Position numbers and translations under genes: made by a program. From an uncultured virus (IMG/VR IMGVR_UViG_3300028840_006692) (Duplodnaviria; Heunggongvirae; Uroviricota; Caudoviricetes), in the IMG/VR virus record IMGVR_UViG_3300028840_006692: 64,000 nt of DNA. One strand, 5' to 3'. How positions within the stretch are numbered: position 1 is the first letter of the stretch; each line of letters starts with the position of its first letter. Positions 17,746-27,197 of this stretch are shown piece by piece. The notes under the pieces were generated by a model, which searched no databases, had not been told where the DNA came from, and saw nothing but the letters and a program-made list of their open reading frames with translations.

Positions 17746-19278
17746 TCAGCCTCGCTTGGGTACCTGTGCGAAAGCACCACCCCGACGGCGCGGCGTACCT
17801 TTCAGGTACCTATAGAGCTCCACCCCGCCGTAGACACCCAACCCTATTGCTGCGGTGCCCACAATCGCCATCGTGCCGATCTTGATCAGATCAGTGACCT
17901 CCGATATGGTCGAAGGTCGCGTGGCTGCTGCTGCTTGTGCTCTAGCCTGTGCTACCCTTATCCGTTGCTCGCGCTCTGCGGCTGCCCGGCGTGCTCCCTC
18001 ATCTGGCCCGTGTTCGCGTTCAAGCTCACGTGCGCGCACAACTTCGTCTGTCTGAAGTATCACCTTTTGAGCTGCTTTTTCCTTGTCGCACCAAAAGTAC
18101 ATGCCTCCAAGTCCGGACAACGCGACAACCATCACGGCGACTGCCCAGATTCCAGCCAGCGGAGCCCCCACCAGACCAGCCGGAGGAGACATCGCCGATG
18201 GGATTTGACCGGGCTGCACAACGTAAACAGTGCCTTGGTTGTCGATTCCAAGACGCACGTCTCTACTCTGCTCACCACCAATGACCACTGTGTTCAGCTC
18301 AGTGTCCCAAGCGATAGGCCGCAAACCTGACGCCCCCTCGTGGCCGTACTCTACAGCAAGCCTCGATGCGGAGATCAACGTCCGAAAGTAATCTTCGTCT
18401 GCTTGTGTCCAGACACCAGGACCAGGATCGCGGGCTTGATCCACAATCGATCGGTTCTCCAAGTCTTCACGCAGAAATCTAAGCTCTTCGTGCACTCGAA
18501 CAGCCTCCACAACCATAGCATCCAGCTTGTTGGCGGCATTTCTGGCGTCCTCAGCCATGCGCACTTGATCTACTTGATCGAAACCGGCGTAGGCACCAAT
18601 CAATCCCGACGAAGGACGCCCAATCAATCCCGACGAAGAACGCCCAATCAATCCGGACGGACGCCCTACTCCCACGAAATCGCCGTGTTCTCTCATAGTC
18701 GTTAGCCCGCTTCCCATGGTGTGCAAGTCACAAGGCTTGCCGTTTACGTTATCACACATAACTTGGCCGCCAGGTACAGCAATCCAGCGCTCCCGAACCG
18801 GGCGGTCTACCTGTCCGAAAGGTTGGGCTGTGCTTGGATCACATAGCGTCCAGACACCCCCATCAAACACCGCGGCGAGCACATGAGACAGCTGCCCATC
18901 TTCTGAATACCCGTGACCCACGACCGCGCCCTCAATGCCAATCGCACCACAAGCCGCAAGGTAGCTCACAAGCAACCCATCGCAGTCTTCACCAAGAAAT
19001 TTCAACCCTTCGCACCCTTCCAAGGTGCACGCCGCAGAAGGTATAAATTCTGCATCGACAGGGTCCGGCACATAGATGCGTTCGCGTCTGAGCGCATCTA
19101 GGAGGATGGCTGCTTTGTCTTTTGGTGCTCTTGGGTTTCCACCTTGAACAAGCTTTTCGATAGCCCAAGCCCTCACTCTCGGATCAAGCCGCCCTTCCGC
19201 TGCTCTTTTGGCTACTTCTGACAGGCTGATCCGTGTCCCTGGTTCCCCCCTTGGGTGTGGGCGTCTGATGATGTCCAT
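17746..19278 (-). CDS. Transglutaminase-like (Cys-His-Asp) protein with two C-terminal TM helices
   Basis: YVPDP...EDCDG...SHV...CDPS triad order; SSGLIGRP repeats; two TMs and a basic tail. Confidence 0.8.
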   Translation of the reverse strand: MDIIRRPHPRGEPGTRISLSEVAKRAAEGRLDPRVRAWAIEKLVQGGNPRAPKDKAAILLDALRRERIYVPDPVDAEFIPSAACTLEGCEGLKFLGEDCDGLLVSYLAACGAIGIEGAVVGHGYSEDGQLSHVLAAVFDGGVWTLCDPSTAQPFGQVDRPVRERWIAVPGGQVMCDNVNGKPCDLHTMGSGLTTMREHGDFVGVGRPSGLIGRSSSGLIGRPSSGLIGAYAGFDQVDQVRMAEDARNAANKLDAMVVEAVRVHEELRFLREDLENRSIVDQARDPGPGVWTQADEDYFRTLISASRLAVEYGHEGASGLRPIAWDTELNTVVIGGEQSRDVRLGIDNQGTVYVVQPGQIPSAMSPPAGLVGAPLAGIWAVAVMVVALSGLGGMYFWCDKEKAAQKVILQTDEVVRARELEREHGPDEGARRAAAEREQRIRVAQARAQAAAATRPSTISEVTDLIKIGTMAIVGTAAIGLGVYGGVELYRYLKGTPRRRGGAFAQVPKRG

Positions 19279-19290
19279 GTGCATATTGTA

Positions 19291-20349
19291 CTACTTAAAA
19301 GCTTTCGAGGCAGCATACAGGCCAACCCCACCAGCAACAACCAACGCAACAATTGCCAAACCAGACAACCCTTCGTCTTTTTCATTTGTTTTTTGGGCTG
19401 CTTGATCGACGTCTTTAGGGAAATAAACATCCCGATCTATTGTCATCGCGGGTAAGGTCGGAAGCCTAGTTAGGTGCTGTGTCTCGCCCAACCCCTCTTC
19501 GAATGTCTGTGAAAGCTGCCCATTTGGTGCACGCCCAGCAAACATCCCAGATATCACAGGATGCGCACAATGAGCTTGAGTGCTCGTGAGGCGCGCCATC
19601 GCTCGCGAATATGCCCAATCGTGGTACTGTCTTCGAAGAGTGTTGCGCAAACTGCGGTACCTTGGAGAATATGCCGGATTGCACTTTTTTCGCACACCAC
19701 AACCAAGCGTGCCAAGCAAAGTAGGGGTGTCTCCGTTCGCTTGTGCAGATGGATCACTGCCAGGGTAAACGTTGCTGGGCGGAGCACCACCGTAGGGAGT
19801 ACCGCCCCAAGGATCGCTCCCTGGGTAAACATGGCTGGGCGGAGTACCACCGAAGGGGGCACCGCCGAAGGGGTCACTGCCTGGGTACACTTTGCCGGGA
19901 GGAGCACCACCAGACGGATCCCGCCCCGGGGTAGCATTTTGCACTGGTGACAACCCAAACGGATCGCTACCTGGCATGGTGGTTTGCACTGGTGACAACC
20001 CAAACGGATCACCACCCGGGACGACCACTCCAACAGCTTGCCCGCCATAAGACCTCCCAGGCGGGACATCTTTGGGCGTCACCATATCACGCGGAGTTGG
20101 AGGGCACACATACTTAGCATAGTCTGGATGATGGCGATATGGAATGTTCCCACTCTGCCCTCTTGGGGGTGGTGGTGCCCAAGGGCGGTAGTTCCACCCA
20201 GGACACGCACCATGAGGCAAATCGACCAGTGCCTCACAATACCCGGGGCGATAAACCCGATCTATTGGGTATTCGCCGCGGTGTATCATGTCGTATGGAT
20301 AAAACCGGCTTGTTGCCAAAAGAGCCGGTGAGCACGCAAAATCTACCAT
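19291..20349 (-). CDS. Pro/Gly-repeat tail-anchored protein
   Basis: PGSDPFG/YPGSDP repeats; C-terminal TM followed by KAFK. Confidence 0.7.
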   Translation of the reverse strand: MVDFACSPALLATSRFYPYDMIHRGEYPIDRVYRPGYCEALVDLPHGACPGWNYRPWAPPPPRGQSGNIPYRHHPDYAKYVCPPTPRDMVTPKDVPPGRSYGGQAVGVVVPGGDPFGLSPVQTTMPGSDPFGLSPVQNATPGRDPSGGAPPGKVYPGSDPFGGAPFGGTPPSHVYPGSDPWGGTPYGGAPPSNVYPGSDPSAQANGDTPTLLGTLGCGVRKKCNPAYSPRYRSLRNTLRRQYHDWAYSRAMARLTSTQAHCAHPVISGMFAGRAPNGQLSQTFEEGLGETQHLTRLPTLPAMTIDRDVYFPKDVDQAAQKTNEKDEGLSGLAIVALVVAGGVGLYAASKAFK

Positions 20350-20361
20350 CGGACACCTCGT

Positions 20362-20381
20362 TTATCGTTACATAACGATAA
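20362..20381. promoter_or_regulatory. Perfect inverted repeat TTATCGTTA-CA-TAACGATAA (candidate operator)
   Basis: Intergenic, 12 nt upstream of the 20349 start codon. Confidence 0.55.
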
Positions 20382-20404
20382 CGCAAATTGCCCGAATAAT
20401 CTAG

Positions 20405-22864
20405 CTACAACAAGCTTGATCCCACGTCTTCAGCTTCGCGCATATCTGCGGAAACAAGTACTTCAGGATCATGCGATGGTTGCATAGGTGCTGGTTGAAC
20501 AGGAGGCATCGGTGCTGGTTGAACAGGAGGCATCGGTGCTGGTTGAACAGGAGGCATCGGTGCTGGTTGAACAGGAGGCATCGGTGCTGGTTGTATCGGT
20601 GCTGGCGGCATCGGTGCTGGTTGTATCGGTGCTGGCGGCATCGGTGCTGGTTGCATCGGTGCTGGCGGCATCGGTGCTGGTTGCATCGGCGCTGGCGGCA
20701 TCGGTGCTGGTTGCATCGGCGGCTTACCAGAAGCTTGGAGCAAACCCTCAAGATGAGCAATATACCCAAGCATCGATTGTTGCTCAGATTGCGAATGATT
20801 TTGCATTTGGTTCATCGCACGTCGCATATTGATCAATTCGTTTTCCAGTGCGTCTGTTTTTTGCCGTTCGACGTTGTTCTTCGCCGCCTCTACCCTTTGC
20901 AAAAATCCTTTGCCAAGCTCTTGGATGTTATCCGCGTTGAACATAGCTTGTTCAAGCGGCCCCAACATTTTACCCTCAGGCCCAAATGCAAATCTCCAAG
21001 GACCCGCTTCTTGTATTCGAATAGGCGGATTGTTGTCGGGGTGGTGCGGTTGTGTTGCTTGTTCTGGGAGATCCATAGTGGTCCCATCCAGCAAAGATCC
21101 ACTCCCGTTACTCGCGGCAGGACCTAGATGCACAGATTGTGATGCTGATGGGGTACCTTGCACTGGTGATTGGGGCGGCCGTAAACCAAAGGTGTTCGCA
21201 AGCTTGACGAAGCTGCGATAGCTTTGCTCTAGTTCGCCCATTTGTTGCTGCAGAGACGAAAGCGCGCTTGCTGGTGGCGCGGCAGAAATTGGTTGGGGTT
21301 GCGGAAGTTGCGCAGGCATTGAGTACCCGCTGGGCATTACTGGTGCGGCTGTAGTTTGCTGCACCGAAACAAGAGAATCCAGCTGTTGTTTGCTGGCATT
21401 CATGTGACGCATAAATTCACGCATCAACTGTTGCATGCCATGCACTTGCCCTTGCACGAGCGCCATATCGCGGCTTACTTCCTGGATCAATTTGTTATCC
21501 GTAGGTGCTACCTGTTGTTGTATGGGCATCGGATAACTTGCACCATAGGAATACATTGGATCCGAGGGTTGCAACTTTGACATCAATTGCTCCATCCGGT
21601 CGTTCATGCGCTCAAGCTGTGCCCGCATCCAAACCATTTGGGGATCTTCTGCTTCTTCATCAGAGTCTTCCCTGGTTGCGGATTTTGGTGTTTGGACTGG
21701 AGACTGGGCCGGGGCCGGCTGGACCGGAGCCGACTCCGGGGCTGGGGCCGGCTGGACCGGAGCCGGAGCCGGAGCCGGAGCTGGCACACCAAGCGAGTAA
21801 CCTGGATCATATTGGGGCATCGAAGCACCATAGGGGTACCCCGGGTCATGTTGGGGCATCGAAGCACCATAGGGGTACCCCGGGTCATGTTGGGGCATCG
21901 GAGCACCAGGAGGGTGCCCACCGTTTCCACCCCGGGGCATGTTCCAAGACGGGGGCGGTAACCTGCGCTGTAGATGCGGTGGGATCCCTGCCGTCCCCGG
22001 TGGTCCGGGGGGGTGCGGCGGGATTTGTTGCTGGTGTTGGATGTAGGGGATATTGTGTATTCGTCGAGCCGACTCAAAATCGGCGCGCGTGGGCGCTAAC
22101 CCAGGTTGTGGCAGCACCGAAGCCGCCGCACTTTCAGGGTAGCCGGGAATTTGCCCGAACACCCCATCGCCCAAAGCACGCTGTCGCCAAGCAGCCGATA
22201 CCATAGGATCCGCCGCGAACGCAACGAGATCGCGCCCGCGAATGCGGCGCCCGTCTGTTACGATCATCCACTTGAATTCCGCGTCGTCACCGTGCCAGAA
22301 GCGTTGTTTGAGATACCGAATCATATCCGAGTACTCAGGAATATCCTGCAAGTTGACAACATCCAGCTCGGCCGCTCGAGGTTTGGTCTGATACAAATAA
22401 ACCTTTGCTCTGTCGCCGGCGCGCGGAAGCCAGAGCTCCGTGCAACTGTTGTACAAGACGGGGCCCCGAGCGTTCCACGCTACTTTTTCACCCATAGCTT
22501 TTTTCCTGAACGTTTGATCGAGCATCTCGTTACTCAGTGCCGATTCAGAATCCAAGGCTCCTTTCTGGATGGCTTCCTCCGGAGAAATTTCCGTCGGGTC
22601 TGCCGGGTCGCTGAAATGGTGTGCCTCCCCGGTAAACTGGCGCTCGTCCTGCACACGCGCGCGATCGAGTGCTGGAGAGTGCGGCATCGATAAATCAGGG
22701 GAGCGATCTTCGTCCTCGTCTGCTTCTTCTTCCTCACCTCCACGCTGGGCGCGATCGAGATCCATCTGTCGTTGGCGCGCCGCACGGTTTGCCATTCTTG
22801 CCGCTTGCGCTTTAGCAATCGCGGCTTGTTGTGCTGGGGATCTTGGCTTGTTGCTCATGGGCAA
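20405..22864 (-). CDS. Large Pro/Gln-rich coiled-coil protein
   Basis: 819-aa ORF with QPAPMPP and MPQHDPGYPYGAS repeats and coiled-coil segments; no recognisable enzyme motif. Confidence 0.7.
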   Translation of the reverse strand: MPMSNKPRSPAQQAAIAKAQAARMANRAARQRQMDLDRAQRGGEEEEADEDEDRSPDLSMPHSPALDRARVQDERQFTGEAHHFSDPADPTEISPEEAIQKGALDSESALSNEMLDQTFRKKAMGEKVAWNARGPVLYNSCTELWLPRAGDRAKVYLYQTKPRAAELDVVNLQDIPEYSDMIRYLKQRFWHGDDAEFKWMIVTDGRRIRGRDLVAFAADPMVSAAWRQRALGDGVFGQIPGYPESAAASVLPQPGLAPTRADFESARRIHNIPYIQHQQQIPPHPPGPPGTAGIPPHLQRRLPPPSWNMPRGGNGGHPPGAPMPQHDPGYPYGASMPQHDPGYPYGASMPQYDPGYSLGVPAPAPAPAPVQPAPAPESAPVQPAPAQSPVQTPKSATREDSDEEAEDPQMVWMRAQLERMNDRMEQLMSKLQPSDPMYSYGASYPMPIQQQVAPTDNKLIQEVSRDMALVQGQVHGMQQLMREFMRHMNASKQQLDSLVSVQQTTAAPVMPSGYSMPAQLPQPQPISAAPPASALSSLQQQMGELEQSYRSFVKLANTFGLRPPQSPVQGTPSASQSVHLGPAASNGSGSLLDGTTMDLPEQATQPHHPDNNPPIRIQEAGPWRFAFGPEGKMLGPLEQAMFNADNIQELGKGFLQRVEAAKNNVERQKTDALENELINMRRAMNQMQNHSQSEQQSMLGYIAHLEGLLQASGKPPMQPAPMPPAPMQPAPMPPAPMQPAPMPPAPIQPAPMPPAPIQPAPMPPVQPAPMPPVQPAPMPPVQPAPMPPVQPAPMQPSHDPEVLVSADMREAEDVGSSLL
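20487..20720. repeat. 15/21-bp tandem coding repeats (QPAPMPP)
   Basis: Core GGCATCGGTGCTGG reiterated about 12 times. Confidence 0.9.
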
Positions 22865-23181
22865 TCATTCAACTCGTATTGCGCCGCGATTACGTCCACC
22901 CTTGCCGGGAGCTTATTCGCGATGATGTTTTTACCAACGCCCTTTAGGGCCGCTTCCTTGAGGTCTACCGTTGGATACGCGTCTTCGAATTCCGCACTGT
23001 AAAGGTATTTTACAGTACGCTCGATAAAACGGCCGTTGATTGCTGTTATGTCCTCGCATATCGAAATTGGTGGTTGTATGCCTTCAACATCCGGAGAAAT
23101 ATCGATGTTCTCCATAACAGTCGCCACCTTGTCTATGTCTTGGTATAAGACCTCCACAACGTATGTTAGGGATGCGTTCAT
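22855..23181 (-). CDS. Hypothetical protein
   Basis: GAGG SD; overlaps both neighbours. Confidence 0.6.
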   Translation of the reverse strand: MNASLTYVVEVLYQDIDKVATVMENIDISPDVEGIQPPISICEDITAINGRFIERTVKYLYSAEFEDAYPTVDLKEAALKGVGKNIIANKLPARVDVIAAQYELNDCP

Positions 23182-23507
23182 TATCTACCTCTACCTCTAA
23201 TTCGATTTAGGATTTCATCCATCAGGTTTGCCCCCACATCGGTAGCAACCTTGCCGGCAACCTGCCCCATGTTACGCGTCACGCTTTCGCCCACAAGCGC
23301 TTTCGCGACGGCGTAAGGCACACCGTCGGGTAATCCATCCCCGTCATAATCTACCCAACTTTTGGATAAATACTGAACATCCCAAGTTTCGTCCTGTGGG
23401 TCCAAGAAGCACTGGAACACCACAACACAATCAGCAGGCCCGCGCCCAGTGCGACGAAATGCACGCAACGCCGCCGACTTTGGGGTGCGCTTGGGTGTAT
23501 CAGTCAT
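23181..23507 (-). CDS. Hypothetical protein
   Basis: GAGG SD before MTDTPK; coupled to the upstream RHH gene. Confidence 0.55.
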   Translation of the reverse strand: MTDTPKRTPKSAALRAFRRTGRGPADCVVVFQCFLDPQDETWDVQYLSKSWVDYDGDGLPDGVPYAVAKALVGESVTRNMGQVAGKVATDVGANLMDEILNRIRGRGR

Positions 23508-23745
23508 CTGTATTTCCTCTGTAGGCAGACGTTGCGCGCGCCCTAGATGGGCGGGCTGCTGGGCGTACCCGATGAACGGGGATCTTTTGCAGCTGCTCAT
23601 ACCAGGTACGTATTGCTTCCTCGATGGCATGCGAGACGCAGCCACCCCCGCGGAGCTCAATGACATTGTATATGAGCTCCAAGGTCTCATCGGTGAGCGT
23701 GATGGTTACACGTGATTTAGGGCGTTTGGGGGGCACTCGTGCCAT
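23500..23745 (-). CDS. Ribbon-helix-helix DNA-binding protein
   Basis: RVTITLTDETLELI...VSHAIEEAIRTW fits the CopG/Arc RHH pattern. Confidence 0.7.
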   Translation of the reverse strand: MARVPPKRPKSRVTITLTDETLELIYNVIELRGGGCVSHAIEEAIRTWYEQLQKIPVHRVRPAARPSRARATSAYRGNTDD

Positions 23746-24247
23746 ACTCTGGCCCTCCCAGGTGTAGTTTCTCGCCAGAAAAATCCGGCATCATCTGAGC
23801 CGCGTTTTCGGCCGCTTCCTTTTCGTTGGCTTCCTGAATGCGTTGACGGAACTCTTCGATAGTTTTGCTTGCCAGGACGCGCACATCTCGACGCACAACG
23901 TCTTCTGCAGAAATGGTCGTGATAAACCCAACATCATGGTCTGCGGGAACAGACCCCGGCTCCCCAACCGAAAACACATCATAGTACACCGATCCGTCAT
24001 CCACCGTGTACATGACGATCTCTTTGATGAGCAGAGGATCAGGAGTTTTCCCAGATGGATCAGGTAACCGCTTTCCACGCTTGTAGACAATGGGTTCTTT
24101 CACAACCTTGTATATTGGTTGCGCCCGAAAAGGTGTTTGCAGATGGGGCGTAGGGATGTATTCCTCTCCAATCTGCACAAGTTTTTGTTCAGTTTGCGCT
24201 ACTACTAGACGTTCGATGACTTCATCCATGTGTTGGCATCTAACCAC
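23717..24247 (-). CDS. Hypothetical protein
   Basis: 176-aa ORF with globular composition, co-oriented with neighbours. Confidence 0.6.
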   Translation of the reverse strand: MVRCQHMDEVIERLVVAQTEQKLVQIGEEYIPTPHLQTPFRAQPIYKVVKEPIVYKRGKRLPDPSGKTPDPLLIKEIVMYTVDDGSVYYDVFSVGEPGSVPADHDVGFITTISAEDVVRRDVRVLASKTIEEFRQRIQEANEKEAAENAAQMMPDFSGEKLHLGGPEYGTSAPQTP

Positions 24248-24418
24248 GATCTAAGAAGCGTCAACAAATCCGTGCACACGATACGCAAAAAAGTGCACGT
24301 GGTTCAGACTAGAATATGATGGGATGCAAAAAAAGACGCTCGCAATGGTTAGATGAAAATAGCGAAGACCGACAGGCCCACTGCGAGCGTCGAGCGCAAT
24401 CTAACATCCTGGCAAAAA

Positions 24419-25123
24419 TCAATCAACCAAAACAATCCCCCTATTCACCCCTGGTGCGATGCTCAAGTATTCCTTTTTCACCAAAGCATCCACCACGTCC
24501 TTAGCCGCATTGGCCGACGCGCACCCAAACCGCTGTGCGAGCTCCCTATATGTTGGCGGGCGGTTGTGGTCCTTTATATGTAACCGTATGTGCGCCAAAT
24601 ACCTCGCCTGTAGCTTGGTTAGCACAGGTTGGGTTTTTTTCGAAGTAGTCTCCGGCACCAGCTCCTCTCCACATTTCGCGGCCATAGCTAAAATTGTGTA
24701 CTGCAGCATGCTGCACTGCTTGGTGTTGTATTTTGCCCCAACCATTTCCCGTATGGGCACCCAACGAGCGGACGCATAGGGGGGATTACATCGAGCTGTG
24801 CGCTTTACAGGATCCGGTCTAAGTTTCCCTTCCAACTTAGGCGTACTGCACAAAAGGTACACTGTAGGGGATGCTACCTTACACTCTAGCGCTTGCGAAG
24901 CGGCGATTCCGTAGGTCATGTACACGCCCATAGGTTGCTCAAAGACCCGACGGTACGCGCTGGTGATATATGTCTCAAACGTATATCCTTCAAGGAGCAC
25001 ACCCCCCACAACCAGATCCTGGTCTGAATCGGGTCTCCGAACCAAAAGTGCATGCGTTTCCTCAGCCCAACGGGCTAGGCAAACCCCATACACCCACACC
25101 TTTGCATGATTTTCGTTAGGCAT
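24419..25123 (-). CDS. Regulator: degenerate Nudix-like N-domain plus LexA-type winged HTH
   Basis: C-terminal LTKLQARYL..I......PPTYRELAQRFG..S.NAA...VDALVKKEYL......RGI matches the LexA DNA-binding domain. N-terminal LLVRR...VGG..LEG..F...ARWVPI is Nudix-like without the REUXEE box. Confidence 0.65.
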   Translation of the reverse strand: MPNENHAKVWVYGVCLARWAEETHALLVRRPDSDQDLVVGGVLLEGYTFETYITSAYRRVFEQPMGVYMTYGIAASQALECKVASPTVYLLCSTPKLEGKLRPDPVKRTARCNPPYASARWVPIREMVGAKYNTKQCSMLQYTILAMAAKCGEELVPETTSKKTQPVLTKLQARYLAHIRLHIKDHNRPPTYRELAQRFGCASANAAKDVVDALVKKEYLSIAPGVNRGIVLVD

Positions 25124-25308
25124 ACCCCACCTTATCCGCAGGCTTACACATAGACAAAAATCCTGACGATACCACCCGCTTGGGCTACAACAAGGAATGA
25201 TCGTTCCGTGTTGATCAAGCCTAAAATTGCCAAGCATGCACCTGTGCAAATGCCGCATGTAAGCCGCTGTGCCTGCATCAGCTCAAAAATCGCTTGGCTA
25301 TTGGGGGT

Positions 25309-25761
25309 TCAGTGAGATTCCGGGTATTTCCAGGTGATATCTTCGATGGGGTGGATCACGCACTCTCCAACCACACCGCAGTAGCTGCAGCTGAAGTCCA
25401 ACTGCAGAGCGTCAGGTTCGGGATTCATGCCAAGACGTGCCAAAGCATGATGCCATCCCGTGGGAGAACCAGGACACCGCGAGTGTCCATAGGCCCGCTC
25501 GAAATCTCTCGAGCGAACCTCGCCTTTCCAGCCACAATGCCAACAGTAGGCATTTGGGCAAGGGGACCGCCGCCAGCCACGGCCCCCAGATTTCGAATAG
25601 CACACCCCATCCCCACACCGACACACCAACCCATCGCAGATGGGTCCCCGATTGTGCCCCCGACATCTGCGGGCCCCCCCACGCCCGTGGCGGCCCCCAA
25701 CCTGGCCGCAGTTTGGACACACCCACCCAGAAAGCAGAGGATTACTACGACAGCGTTTCAT
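25309..25761 (-). CDS. Cys-rich zinc-finger-like hypothetical protein
   Basis: Multiple CxxC motifs (CPNC, CWHC, CSYC); ATGA overlap with the upstream gene. Confidence 0.5.
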   Translation of the reverse strand: MKRCRSNPLLSGWVCPNCGQVGGRHGRGGARRCRGHNRGPICDGLVCRCGDGVCYSKSGGRGWRRSPCPNAYCWHCGWKGEVRSRDFERAYGHSRCPGSPTGWHHALARLGMNPEPDALQLDFSCSYCGVVGECVIHPIEDITWKYPESH

Positions 25762-26384
25762 GTTGACGGTACCGATCTGGGGGGCGGTACCGATCCGGGG
25801 GGCACCACCTCGTTCCCCGATGTGTCGATTTGTTTTTTCGGGGGATCCGGCGGGTGTTCCGGCGGGTGTTCCGATTCAGTATCAGACATCACCTTTTGCA
25901 CCGATTCGGCGATCTGATCATCGGTGGGCTCCGGTGGGATCTCTGCAAATTCAAAGTTCTTGGGGGTTTCTGAATCAACATCGACATCAGGATCAGCAAT
26001 GGGACGAAACCCCGCGCGTGCTCTTTGATCTACTGGAAACCCCCGTGGATGCATCAAAGCCACGCAACCAGCTCCTGGTTTGAGGCGCTTTGCTACTTCT
26101 TCGTACACCGCACGGCATTGATCTTGTGTGCCTCGACAAAGTACCGTGGTCCTGGCCCCGTGGGATCGCTCCACATACCAAGAGCGAATCAGCATGCCTG
26201 CTTTCGCCGCCTCGATCATCGGATGCTCTCTGCCTTCAGGATCGCGCACTTTGGTAAAAGCATGCCCCCAACGAACGCGTAGATATTCCGGGGTTCCTGT
26301 CTCAAGCAATTTGCCCGCTTCGTCGAACACCTGCCAATCTTCACGCAGATAGAAGTCATCATCTCGGTCTTGCTCGTACTCCAT
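25758..26384 (-). CDS. Hypothetical protein
   Basis: GGAGG SD; 208 aa. Confidence 0.6.
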   Translation of the reverse strand: MEYEQDRDDDFYLREDWQVFDEAGKLLETGTPEYLRVRWGHAFTKVRDPEGREHPMIEAAKAGMLIRSWYVERSHGARTTVLCRGTQDQCRAVYEEVAKRLKPGAGCVALMHPRGFPVDQRARAGFRPIADPDVDVDSETPKNFEFAEIPPEPTDDQIAESVQKVMSDTESEHPPEHPPDPPKKQIDTSGNEVVPPGSVPPPRSVPST

Positions 26385-26393
26385 TTTTACCTC

Positions 26394-27197
26394 CTACAAT
26401 TTCTCAAGATGCCTATAAATGCTTGATATGGCACGCCAACGCCCTTGTGCAGCCGCATACACCTTGCCGCTGCGCGCCGCGGCCTCCACACCCCACCCAG
26501 CACGTAAACTACCAGCGCTGTATCCCGCAGGATCTATACCCAAACTCTTTAGCGCACGCTTCAGAGCACGATCCACGATTTTACCCCCATCTTTCGCAGG
26601 CCCCAAGACGGGGCCTAACTTGCTAGACCAGTGCACAGTGCGGAAGAGCGCACCTGTTTTGATCTGCGCAGCATGTACCCATGCTTGGTAGGCCTCCACC
26701 GAACACACTACCGGAGATTCGCCGCGTGGAATCTTGATTGAGTCTCCTTCCGAAATCAGAAGCACCAAGCCATCCGGTTCAACGCGCACCTGCTCCACCG
26801 TCAATGCTACGATTTCACTACGTCGCAGCGCACCAGAAAATCCTAACAGCAAAAGCAAACGATCACGTTTTCCCGCGACGGTATCCGGAAGTGCAGTCAG
26901 CAACCGGAACAACAAATTCGAATCAATCACCTTACGTGATGATTTCTTTCTGGGTATTGCAGCGAGAAACTCAAAAACCTCAGAGTTCTTGCATGGAGTC
27001 TCGAAGCTGTGATGTGTGTGCATTTTGGTGATTGTTGAAAGAATTTGCCTGCACCTAGGCAATCCGACCCCAAGCACCTCAAGATACGCCACAACCGTGG
27101 CTGGCTCTGAGGGCAGACTAGGCAAATCCCAATCTGCACACCACGCTACAAAATGCGCCCAATCCTTCGCGTACGCTCTACGTGTTGTTGATTTCAT
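26394..27197 (-). CDS. Cre-like tyrosine recombinase, catalytically degenerate
   Basis: TRRAYAKDW..F..WC SAM-like domain, RDRLLLLLGFSGALRRSE; HxxR box reads GSLR and the terminal box reads GRW..SSIYRHL. Confidence 0.8.
   Translation of the reverse strand: MKSTTRRAYAKDWAHFVAWCADWDLPSLPSEPATVVAYLEVLGVGLPRCRQILSTITKMHTHHSFETPCKNSEVFEFLAAIPRKKSSRKVIDSNLLFRLLTALPDTVAGKRDRLLLLLGFSGALRRSEIVALTVEQVRVEPDGLVLLISEGDSIKIPRGESPVVCSVEAYQAWVHAAQIKTGALFRTVHWSSKLGPVLGPAKDGGKIVDRALKRALKSLGIDPAGYSAGSLRAGWGVEAAARSGKVYAAAQGRWRAISSIYRHLEKL

Noticed and set aside
20405..22864. Tape-measure or packaging ATPase identity for the 819-aa protein
   Set aside because: Pro-rich and low-complexity, with no Walker motifs and no tape-measure-like helical periodicity.
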